From Mustelus asterias (taxonomy: Eukaryota), in assembly GCF_964213995.1 (NCBI RefSeq), contig NC_135820.1, forward strand, positions 868,001 through 932,000: DNA of 64,000 nucleotides, given 5' to 3'. Positions 35,401-47,400 of the stretch are shown piece after piece. Made by a program: the position numbers and the translations under genes. Each line of letters starts with the position of its first letter. The stretch's first letter is position 1. Under the pieces are notes generated by a model. The model was not told the DNA's origin and did not search any database. It saw only the letters and a list, made by a program, of their open reading frames with translations.

Positions 35401-38400
35401 CTTTCTTCACTGTCCACTATGCTACCAATCTTGGTGTCATCTGCAAACTTACTAACCATGCTTCCTATATTCTCATCCAAATCATTAATATAAATGACAA
35501 ATAACAGTGGGCCCAGCACTGAGCCCTGAAGCAAATCGCTGGTCACAGGCCTCCAGTTTGAAAAACAACCCTCTACAACCACCCTCTGGCTTCTGTCATC
35601 AAGCCAATTTTGTATCCATTTAGATACCTCACCCTGGATCCCATGAGATTTAACCTTATGCAACAACCTACCATGCGGTACCTTGTCAAAGGCCTTGCTA
35701 AAGTCCATGTAGACAACATCAACTGCACTGCCCTCATCTACCTTCTTGGTTATCCCTTCAAAAGCCTCAATCAAATTTGTGAGACATGATTTTCCACTCA
35801 CAAAGCCATGCTGACTGTCCCTAATCAGTACTTGCGTCTCTAAATGCCTGTAGCTCCTATCTCTCAAAATACCTTCCAACAACTTACCCACCACAGATGT
35901 GAGGCTCACTGGCCTGTAGTTCCCAGGCTTTTCCCTGCAGCTCTTTTTAAACAAAGGTACAACATTTGCCACCCTCCAATCTTCAGGCACCTCACCCGTG
36001 ACTATCGATGATTCAAATATCTCGGCTGAGGGACCCGCAATTTCCTCCCTAGCCTCCCACAACGTCCTGGGATCCACTTCATCATGTCCTGGGGATTTAT
36101 CTACCTTGATGGACTTTAAGACTTCCAGCACCTCCTTCTCTGTAATATGTACACTCCTCAAGACATCACTATTTATTTCCCCAAGTTCCCTAACATCCAT
36201 GCTTTTCTCAACAGTAAATATTGATGAGAAATATTCATTTGGGATCTCACCCATCTCTTGTGGATCCACACACAGATGACTTTGTTGATCCTTTCAGAGG
36301 CCCTACTCTCTCCCTTGTTACTCTTTTGTCCTTTATGTATCTGTAGAAGCTCTTTGGATTCTCCTTTGCTTTATCTGCCAAAACAATCTCGTGTCCCCCT
36401 TTTTGCCCTCCTGATTTCTCTCTTAACTCTACTCCTACACCCCCTATACTCTTCAAGAGATCCACTTGATCCCAGCTGCCTATGCACGTCATGTGCCACC
36501 TTCTTCTTCTTGACCAGGGCCTCAATATCCCGAGTCACCCAGGGATCCCTACTTCTGCCAGCCTTGCCCTTCACTCTAAGAGGAATGTGCTTATCCTGAA
36601 CCCTGGTTAACACATTTTTGAAAGCCTCCCACTTACCAGACATCTCTTTGCCTTCCCACAGACTCCCCCAATTCACTTTTGAAAGTTCCTGCCTGATACC
36701 ATCAAAATTGGCCTTGCTCCAATTTAGAATTTTAACTTTTGGGCCAGACCTATCATTCTCCATGGCTATCTTAAAACTAATGGAATTATGGTCACTGGTC
36801 CCAAAGTGATCACTAACACTTCTGTCACCTGCCCTTCCTTATTTCCCAAGAGGGGGTCAGGTTTTGCCCCCTCTCTAGTCGGGCCATCCACATACTGAAT
36901 GAGAAATTCCTCCTGAATGCACTCAACAAATTTCTCTCCATCCAACCCTCTAATGCTATGGCTGTCCCAGTCAATGTTGGGAAAGTTAAAATCCCCGACT
37001 TTTACCACCCTATTTTTCTTGGAGCTATCTGTAATCTCCTTACATATTTGCTCCTCAATTTCCCGCCGACTATTTGGGGGCCTATAGTACAACCCTATCA
37101 AAGTGATTTCCCCCTTCTTATTTCTCAGTTCTACCCATATAGACTCAGGGGGTGAACCCTCGGATATATCCCCTCTCAGTACGACCGTTTTCCCGAATCA
37201 AAAGTGCAACTCCCCCTCCTCTCTTACCTCCTGTTCTATCTTTCCTATAGTATCTGTACCCTGGAACATTGAGCTGCCAGTCCTGCCCTTCCCTTAGCCA
37301 TGTTTCAGTAATTGCTATACTATCCCAGTCCCATGTACCCATCCATGCCCTGAGTTCATCCGCCTTGCCCGTCAGGCCTCTTGCATTGAAATAAATGCAA
37401 TTTAATCTGGCCTTCCCTTGCTCTCTGCCTTGCTTTTGCCTGATCTGTCTGGTACTAGGATTACTGACACTGCTCTTACAATTTAATGTGTTCTCTTTAA
37501 TTTCTGTGCTGTCTACAAACCCTTCCACAACCCTCCCTAGTTCTGTAACCTTCTCCAGCCCCCTACAACCTTCCTTATCTCTGCAAATTCCTCCAGACCC
37601 TACACCCCTCCCTATCTTTGTAACCTCCCCCAGCCCCTACACCCTTCCCTATCTCTGTAACCTCCTCCAGCCCCTAAACCCCCCCTATCTCTGTAACCTC
37701 CTCCAGTTCCTACAATCCTCCCTATTTCTGTAACCTCCTCCAGCCCCTACACCCCCTCCCTATCTCTGTAACCTCTTCCAGCCCCTACACCCCCTCCGTA
37801 TCTCTGTAACCTCCTCCAGCCCCTACACCCCTCCCTATCTCTGTAACCTCCTCCAGCCCCTACACTCCTCCCTATCTCTGTAACCTCCTCCAGCCCCGAC
37901 ACCCCTCCCTATCTCTGTAACCTCCTCCAGCCCCTACACTCCTCCCTATCTCTGTAACCTCCTCCAGCCCCTATACGCCTCCCTAGCTCTGTAACCTCTT
38001 CCAGCCCCTACACCCCCTCCGTATCTCTGTAACCTCCTCCAACCTCTTCACGCCTCCCTATCTCTGTAACTTCCTCCAGGCTCTAGAATCCTCCCTATCT
38101 CTGTAACCTCCTCCAGCCCCAACACGCCTCCCTAGCTCTGTAACCTCCTCCAGCCCCTACACCCCTCCCTACGTCTGTAGCCTCCTCCAACCTCTACAAC
38201 CCTACCTATCTCTGTAACCTCCTCCAACCTCTACACCCCTCCCTATCTCTGTAACTTCCTCCAGGCTCTAGAATCCTCCCTATCTCTGTAACCTCCTCCA
38301 GACCCAACACGCCTCCCTAGCTCTGTAACCTCCTCCAGCCCCTACACCCCTCCCTACGTCTGTAGCCTCCTCCAACCTCTACACCCCTCCCTACGTCTGT

Positions 38401-41400
38401 AACCTCCTCCAACCTCTACAACCCTCCCTATCTCTGTAACTTTCTCCACCCTCTACAATCCTCCCAATCTCTGTGACCTCCTCCAGCCCCCGACAACTCT
38501 CTGAGATCCCTGCGCTCCTCCAATTCCGGCCTCTTGAGCATCCCCTGATTCCCATCGCTCCACCAACGGTTGCCGTGCCTTCAGCTGCCTGGGGGACCCA
38601 AAGCTCTGGAATTCCCTCTCGAAACCTCTCCACCCCTCTTTCTCCTCCTTTGATGCTTACGTACAACGCTTTTGCTCTCCTCTCCCTAATATCTCCCCAT
38701 CTGGGTGATATGTTGTCAAATGGTATATTGATGAGTTGGGCATTGGGAGGAGACTTGTTCAGAACATGTACTCTGACATGAAGCGGGTGGTCCCAATGCC
38801 CTATTTCTGTGGTGTCAAGTAGAAGGATTTCATTTTCTCCATTCTGCGCATTTTCAGATAAACCTCGGAACATTAGCATCGCTCTGGACATAAACGGGAA
38901 AACCGGTGTCCAAACAATGAAAGAAGGAGACTTTGTTACTTTAAGGTGTGACGCTCTCATCAGTAACCCAGCAGTCAATCAATATACATGGCACAAGCCG
39001 GAAATTCGGTACTGGTCGAGCTCAGGTCAAACTCTGGAATTCCGTTCAATCTCCTACACGGATTACGGGAAATATTATTGCAAAGCTGGCAATTACATTG
39101 GGAGCAACAGCTCAGAGAACATTGAACTGCAAGGCCAGTGTAAGTATGAAACAGATGAAAGCTCTCTTTGTCGGGGTTAGGGTTAACATAGAAACATAGA
39201 AGATAGGAGCAGGAGGAGGCCATTCGGCCCTTCGAGCTGCTCCGCCATTCATCACGATCATGGCTGATCGTCCAACTCAGTAGCCTCATCCTGCTTTCTC
39301 CCCAGAACCTTTGACCCCGTTCGCCCCAAGCGCTATCTCCAGCCGCCTCTTGAATACATTCAATGTTTTGGCATCAACTAGTTCCTGTGGGAATGGTAAT
39401 GGTTGGAGTTGGCGTCACTGAGGGGATAGGGTCTCTTTAATGCTCACTTGTCAATATAGAACCATAGACCATGCAAATACAATGGCACAGAGGCCACTTG
39501 GCCCATCACATCAGTGTCAGAGGCGATACTGTCTCCAAATAATCTTCACTGGGATGAGGTGGCTTCAGTTCACGCGGAGAGATGAGGAGAAACTGGGATC
39601 GTTCCCTCAGAGCAGAGAGGGTTAAAGGGCGATTTACTCGAACGTTCCGGGGGATGAAGAGGCTTCAGTTCACGCGGAGAGACAGGGAGAAGCTGGGATC
39701 GTTCCCCTCGGAGCGGAGAAGGTTCAGGGGGAGATTGAATCGAGGCGTTCAGAATCACGAGGGAGAGGGGGGGTTTGGATGGAGTGAATGAGGAGAAAGT
39801 GTTTCCAGTGACAGGAGGCTCGGTAACCGGAGGGGACACAGATTGAAGAGAATCGGGGAAAGAACCAGAGGGGGGGTAGATGAGGGGAATTTTATTTTGG
39901 ACACACAGCGAGTTGTTGTGATCTGGAAGGCGCTGCCTGAAAGGGCGCTGGAAGCAGATTCAATCGGAACTTTCAAAAGGGGCAATTGGGGAAATACTGG
40001 AAGGGGGAACATTTGTAGGTCTAAGGCAGAGACAGGCTTTAAGCCGAGGCTCCTTCTGCTCTCCCAGGGTGGGTGTAAAAGAACCTACCATCACTATTTG
40101 GCCAAAGAGCAGGAGTTTTCCCCAGTATTCTGGTGCCAAGATTTATCTCTCAACCGTGCCATCAGTATAAGATAAGTCACTAATAAATCCAATGGGGAAA
40201 TCAGGAGAAACTTCCTTACCCAGAGAGTGGGGAGAATGTGGGACTCAGTCCCACAGAGAGTGGGGAGAATGTGGGACTCACTCCCACGGGGAGTGGGGAG
40301 AATGTGGGACTCACTCCCACGGGGAGTGGGGAGAATGTGGGACTCACTCCCACAGAGAGTGGGGAGAATGTGGGACTCGCTCCCACGGGGAGTGGGGGAG
40401 AATGTGGGACTCACTCCCACAGGGAGTGGGGAGAATGTGGGACTCGCTCCCACGGGGAGTGGGGGAGAATGTGGGACTCGCTCCCACGGGAAGTGGGGAG
40501 AATGTGGGACTCGCTCCCACAGAGAGTGGGGAGAATGTGGGACTCGCTCCCACAGAGAGTGGGGAGAATGTGAGACTCACTCCCACAGGGAGTGGGGAGA
40601 ATGTGGGACTCGCTCCCACAGGGAGTGGGGGAGTTGAATTGGGTCGATGTATTTGATGTGGGAGGGTGGGAAGGTGTGATGATAACAGGTGATTGTGGTG
40701 TGTGGTCCCAGTATTTGACACAGCGCGGTTCACACTGTGTTAAAGTGGGATCGGCTGACCTGGGAGGAGATGTCGAAGGTCGGGTGGCAAATTCTAGAGG
40801 AAGTTGCAATAAGGCAACAGGGCTGGAGATGCCTTGCAGCTGTGCAATCAAACGTGTTGGCGAGAAAGTTAGCTCGTGTCAATAAACCTGCAACTGAAAA
40901 CAGAACAGAAAGCTGCACAACCTCAGGGGGAAAGAACAGAAGGATATGGTGATGGAGAGGGGAGGGAGTTGGAGAGGGGAGGGAGTTGGAGAGGGGAGGG
41001 AGATGGAGAGGGGAGGGAGATGGAGAGGGGAGGGAGATGGAGAGGGGAGGGAGATGGAGAGGGGAGGGAGATGGAGAGGGGAGGGAGATGGAGAGGGGAG
41101 GGAGATGGAGAGCGGAGGGAGATGGAGAGGGGAGGGAGATGGAGAGGGGAGGGAGATGGAGAGGGGAGGGAGATGGAGAGGGGAGGGGGATGGAGAGGGG
41201 AGGGAGATGGAGAGGGGAGGGAGATGGAGAGGGGAGGGAGATGGAGAGGGGAGGGAGATGGAGAGGGGAGGGAGATGGAGAGGGGAGGGAGATGGAGAGG
41301 GGAGGGAGATGGAGAGGGGAGGGGGATGGAGAGGGGAGGGAGATGGAGAGGGGAGGGAGATGGAGAGGGGAGGGAGATGGAGAGGGGAGGGAGATGGAGA

Positions 41401-44400
41401 GGGGAGGGAGATGGAGAGGGGAGGGAGATGGAGAGGGGAGGGAGATGGAGAGGGGAGGGGGATGGAGGGGGGAGGGAGATGGAGAGGGGAGGGAGATGGA
41501 GAGGGGAGGGAGATGGAGAGGTGAGGGAGATGGAGAGGGGAGGGAGATGGAGAGGGGAGGGAGATGGAGAGGGAGGAGGCTGGTTTGGAGCAGGAACACC
41601 AGCATGGAGGAGATGGGCCGAATTGCCTGGTTCTGCGTTGGAAGAACTCTGTATTAAATGAACACCAAAAAATGCTTGAAAATAACAAAGCTCTCTCTTT
41701 CAGATGCTCCGAGAGACTTTGACATTTCTTACATGGTAAACAATGAGAAGGTTACTGGTTTATTTAACATTAAAGAGAAGGACTGGCTGAATATTACCTG
41801 TTCCAGTAGAAGGAGCAATCCACCAGTCACAAGGTACAGCTGGTTGAAGAATGGGGAATATTTAAGGGGAGCTACACAGACCCTCCTGTTCAGCAGCATC
41901 ACGAAACAAGACAGGGGGCAATATTACTGCCAGGCACGGAATGATGTTGGACTTGGGAAATCGAATCCCGTCTCCATTAATGTCCAATGTGAGTACCAGC
42001 TTCCTCCAAGAAATCGACAATCCTTCACTGAGACATCCAGAGGTTCAATGGGCTCTCATTGATTCATGAGGTCATGGTGTTATCTTTTCCCTTTGTCTCC
42101 CACTCTCTGTCTCTCTCTCTCTCTGTCTCACTCTCTCTCGGTCTCTCTCTCTCTCTGTCTCTCTCTCTCTGTCCCTCTCTCTGTCTCTCTCTCTGTCTCC
42201 CTCTCAGTTTCCCCCTCTCTCTGTTTCTCTCGGTCTCTCCCTGTCTCTATGTCTGTCTCCCTGTCTGTCTCCCTGTCTGTCTCCCTGTCTGTCTCCCTGT
42301 CTGTCTCTCTGTCTGTCTCTCTGTCTCTCTCTCTCTCTCTCTCTCGCTGCCTCTCTCTGTCGAGTGCTGCATTGTCACGGGGTCAACGCTAAGGCAGTGC
42401 CGCACTGTCAGAGGGTCAGTACTGAGGGAGTGCCGCACTGTCAGAGGGTCAGTACTGAGGGAGTGCCGCACTGTCAGAGGGTCAGTACTGAGGGAGTGCC
42501 GCACTGTCAGAGGGTCAGTGCTGAGGGAGTGCCGCACTGTCAGAGGGTCAGTGCTGAGGGAGTGCCGCACTGTCAGAGGGTCAGTACTGAGGGAGTGCCG
42601 CACTGTCAGAGAGTCAGTGCTGAGGGAGTGCCGCACTGTCAGCGGGTCAGTACTGAGGGAGTGCCGCACTGTCAGAGGGTCAGTGCTGAGGGAGTGCCGC
42701 ACTGTCAGAGGGTCAGTGCTGAGGGAGTGCCGCACTGTCAGAGGGTCAGTGCTGAGGGAGTGCCGCACTGTCAGAGGGTCAGTGCTGAGGGAGTGCCGCA
42801 CTGTCAGAGGGTCAGTGCTGAGGGAGTGCCGCACTGTCAGAGGGTCAGTGCTGAGGGAGTGCCGCACTGTCAGAGGGTCAGTACTGAGGGAGTGCTGCAC
42901 TGCCAGAGGGTCAGTGCTGAGGGAGTGCCGCACTGTCAGAGGGTCAGTGCTGAGGGAGTGCCGCACTGTCAGAGGGTCAGTGCTGAGGGAGTGCCGCACT
43001 GTCAGAGGGTCAGCGTTGAGGGAGTGTCGCACTGTCAGAGGGTCAGTACTGAGGGAGTGCCGCACTGTCAGAGGGTCAGTGCTGAGGGAGTGCCGCCCTG
43101 TCAGGGGGTCAGTACTGAGGGAGTGCCGCACTGTCAGAGGGTCAGTACTGAGGGAGTGCCGCACTGTCAGAGGGTCAGTGCTGAGGGAGTGCCGCACTGT
43201 CAGAGGGTCAGTACTGAGGGAGTGCCGCATTGTCAGAGGGTCCGTGCTGAGGGAGTGCCGCACTGTCAGAGAGTCAGTGCTGAGGGAGTGCTGCACTGTC
43301 AGCGGGTCAGTACTGAGGGAGTGCCGCACTGTCAGAGGGTCAGTGCTGAGGGAGTGCTGCACTGTCAGAGGGTCAGTGCTGAGGGAGTGCCGCACTGTCA
43401 GAGGGTCAGTACTGAGGGAGTGCCGCACTGTCAGAGGGTCAGTGCTGAGGGAGTGCCGCACTGTCAGAGGGTCAGTGCTGAGGGAGTGCCGCACTGTCAG
43501 AGGGTCAGTGCTGAGGGAGTGCCGCACTGTCAGAGGGTCAGTGCTGAGGGAGTGCCGCACTGTCAGAGGGTCAGTACTGAGGGAGTGCCGCACTGTCAGA
43601 GGGTCAGTGCTGAGGGAGTGCCGCGCTGTCAGAGGGTCAGTACTGAGGGAGTGCCGCACTGTCAGAGGGTCAGTGCTGAGGGAGTGCCGCACTGTCAGAG
43701 GGTCAGCGTTGAGGGAGTGTCGCACTGTCAGAGGGTCAGTACTGAGGGAGTGCCGCACTGTCAGAGGGTCAGTGCTGAGGGAGTGCCGCACTGTCAGAGG
43801 GTCAGTGCTGAGGGAGTGCCGCACTGTCAGAGGGTCAGTACTGAGGGAGTGCCGCACTGTCAGAGGGTCAGTGCTGAGGGAGTGCCGCACTGTCAGAGGG
43901 TCAGTGCTGAGGGAGTGCCGCACTGTCAGAGGGTCAGTGCTGAGTGAGTGCCGCACTGTCAGAGGGTCAGTACTGAGGGAGTGCCGCACTGTCAGAGGGT
44001 CAGTGCTGAGGGAGTGCCGCACTGTCAGAGAGTCAGTACTGAGGGAGTGCCGCACTGTCAGAGGGTCAGTACTGAGGGAGTGCCACACTGTCAGAGGGTC
44101 AGTACTGAGGGAGTGCCGCACTGTCAGAGGGTCAGTGCTGAGGGAGTGCCGCACTGTCAGAGGGTCAGTGCTGAGGGAGTGCCGCACTGTCAGAGGGTCA
44201 GTACTGAGGGAGTGCCGCACTGTCAGAGGGTCAGTGCTGAGGGAGTGCCGCACTGTCAGAGGGTCAGTGCTCAGGGAGTGCCGCACTGTCAGAGGGTCAG
44301 TGCTGAGTGAGTGCCGCACTGTCAGAGGGTCAGTACTGAGGGAGTGCCGCACTGTCAGAGGGTCAGTGCTGAGGGAGTGCCGCACTGTCAGAGAGTCAGT

Positions 44401-47400
44401 ACTGAGGGAGTGCCGCACTGTCAGAGGGTCAGTGCTGAGGGAGTGCAGCACTGTCAGAGGGTCAGTACTGAGGGAGTGCCGCACTGTCAGAGAGTCAGTA
44501 CTGAGGGAGTGCCGCACTGTCAGAGGGTCAGTACTGAGGGAGTGCCGCACTGTCAGAGGGTCAGTACTGAGGGAGTGCCGCACTGTCAGAGGGTCAGTAC
44601 TGAGGGAGTGCCGCACTGTCAGAGGGTCAGTACTGAGGGAGTGCCACACTGTTGAATGCATTGCCGCTGCAGATTGTTGAGACATCAAACAGTTTTCTAT
44701 TTTCTGTGAAGGGTGCAATTGATCATAGGGTCTCTCTACCGCCCCCCCGCCGCCCGCCCCCCCCCCCCCCCCCGGCGTCCGGGGACCAATATCTGTCCCT
44801 CAGCGAACATCACCATCGTGTCTCACTGAAGATTTCTTTTCACAGACCCTCCCACCGATGTGAGAATCGATTCTCCAGCTTCTGTTCGAGATGGAGGGTA
44901 CGTGACATTAACTTGTCAATTCGATGCCAATCCGACAACATATTCCATCGCCTGGATCAAGGAATGTGACAGTGTTTCATCAGATCTGTGTAGATATTCC
45001 TCATCTTGTGGATTCACTGCCTCACTGGATCGTGTTCACTGTGTCTATTATTGTACAGCAAGGAATAGTCTTGGAGAACAGAAGTCTGGTCCCAAACAAT
45101 TAAATATCGTGTGTAAGTATCCAGAATGTGATTCACTCTGACCCAGAATATTCACTAATCCCCTTCATACGCTTTCAATTTCAAATTCACACAGTCCAGT
45201 TCCCTTTCTTTGTAACCTCCTCCAGCCCCTACACCCCCTCCCTATCTCTGTAACCTCGTCCAGCCCCTACACCCCCTCCCTATCTCTGTAACCTCCTCCA
45301 GCCCCTACAACCCTCCCTATCTCTGTAACCTCCTCCAGTCCCTACACCCCTCCCTATCTCTGTAACCTCCCCCAGCCCCGACACTCCTCCCTATCTCTGT
45401 AACCTCCTCCAGCCCATACACCCCCTCCCTATCTCTGTAACCTCCCCCAGCCCCGACACTCCTCCCTATCTCTGTAACCTCCTCCAGCGTCTACAACCCT
45501 CCGTGATCTCTGCGTTCCACCAATTCCAGTCCCTCAAGCATCCCCCGATTCCCATCGCTCCGCCATTGGCGGCCGTGCCTTCAGCTGCCTGGGGGGCCCT
45601 GAGCTCTGGAAATCCCTCCCTGAACTTGTCTGTCTCTCTCTCCCTCTGCCTCTCTCTCTGTCTTTATTTCTTACTCCCTCACCTCCTCCAGCCCCTACAC
45701 CCCTCCCTATCACCATAGCCTCCTAAAGCCCCGACACCCCCTCCCTTTCTCTGTAACCTCTTCCAGCCCCCTAGACCCTCCCTATCTCTGTAACCTCCTA
45801 CAGCCCCTACAGCGCCCCCTTATCTTTGTAACCTCCTCCAGTCCCTACAATCCTCGCTATCTCTGTAACCTCCTCCAGCCCGTACACCCCTCCCTATCCC
45901 TGTAACCTCCTCCAGCCCCTACACCCCCTCCCTATCTCTGTAACCTCCTCCAGCCTGTACACCCCTCCCTATCTCTGTAACCTCCTTCAGCCCCCTCCAA
46001 TCCTCCGAGATCTCTGCGCTCCTCCAATTCCAGCCTCTTGAGCATCCCCCGATTCCCATCGCTCCGCCATTGGCGGCCGTGCCTTCAGCTGCCTGGGGGA
46101 TCCTAAACTCTGGAATTCCCTCCCTGAAGCTCTCCACCTCTGTCTTGATCTCTTGATCAGGGTCTAACCTGTCTGATGATCTTCCTCTGTCAGTCAATTG
46201 GAAGCATTCCTCATTGATGGCGCTACACAAAGGCAGATCTATTATTCTGTTTCTACCATTTTACTGTTTCAATTTCAGATTCATCCGTTTAAATATTAAT
46301 CTCCAGTTTTTTCTTGACGAGAATATTTGAGACATGCAGAATTATTTAAAAAGTTTCATTCTCCACAGACAAGCCGAGAAGTGTGAGGATTATTTCCGAC
46401 ACAACAGTGAAGGATGGAACACAGATTACTTTAACTTGTCAAAGTGAGGCAAACCCTCCGGCAAATACTTTTCAGTGGAGGAAGCGATGCAATAGGAATG
46501 TTCAAGTTCTCCGGGGAACTTCCCAGTCAATCAGGATTACAATGACAAGCGATGATGAGCTTTGTGACTATTTCTGTCGAGCCCAGAACAATATTGGTGT
46601 CCAGGACTCTGAAACCAAACGCATTATTGTACAATGTAAGTCGTGAGTGTGAGAGATACCTCCTCCCCGATCTTTACAGTGAGCATGGAGCAGAGTTCCA
46701 ACCTCCATCTCCCTTGGTTAGACCCACACTGGGAGCACTGTGCACAGTTCCAGTCTCCATTTCCCTCGGTTAGACCCACACTCGGAGCACTGTGCACAGT
46801 TCCAGTCTCCATATCCCTCGGTTAGACCACACTCGGGGCACTGTGCACAGTTCCAGTCTCCATATCCCTCGGTTAGACCACACTCGGGGCACTGTGCACA
46901 GTTCCAGTCTCCATATCCCTCGGTTAGACCCACACTCGGAGCACTGTGCACAGTTCCGGTCTCCCTATCCCTCGGTTAGACCCACACTCGGAGCACTGTG
47001 CACAGTTCCAGTCTCCATATCCCTCGGTTAGACCACACTCGGAGCACTGTGCACAGTTCCAGTCTCCGTATCCCTCGGTTGGACCACACTCGGAGCACTG
47101 TGCACAGTTCCAGTCTCCATATCCCTCGGTTAGACCCACACTGGGAGCACTGTGCACAGTTCCAGTCTCCGTATCCCTCGGTTGGACCACACTGGGAGCA
47201 CTGTGCACAGTTCCAGTCTCCATATCCCTCGGTTAGACCACACTCGGAGCACTGTGCACAGTTCCAGTCTCCATATCCCTCGGTTAGACCCACACTGGGA
47301 GCACTGTGCACAGTTCCAGTCTCCGTATCCCTCGGTTGGACCACACTCGGAGCACTGTGCACAGTTCCAGTATCTGTATCCCTCGGTTGGACCACACTCG

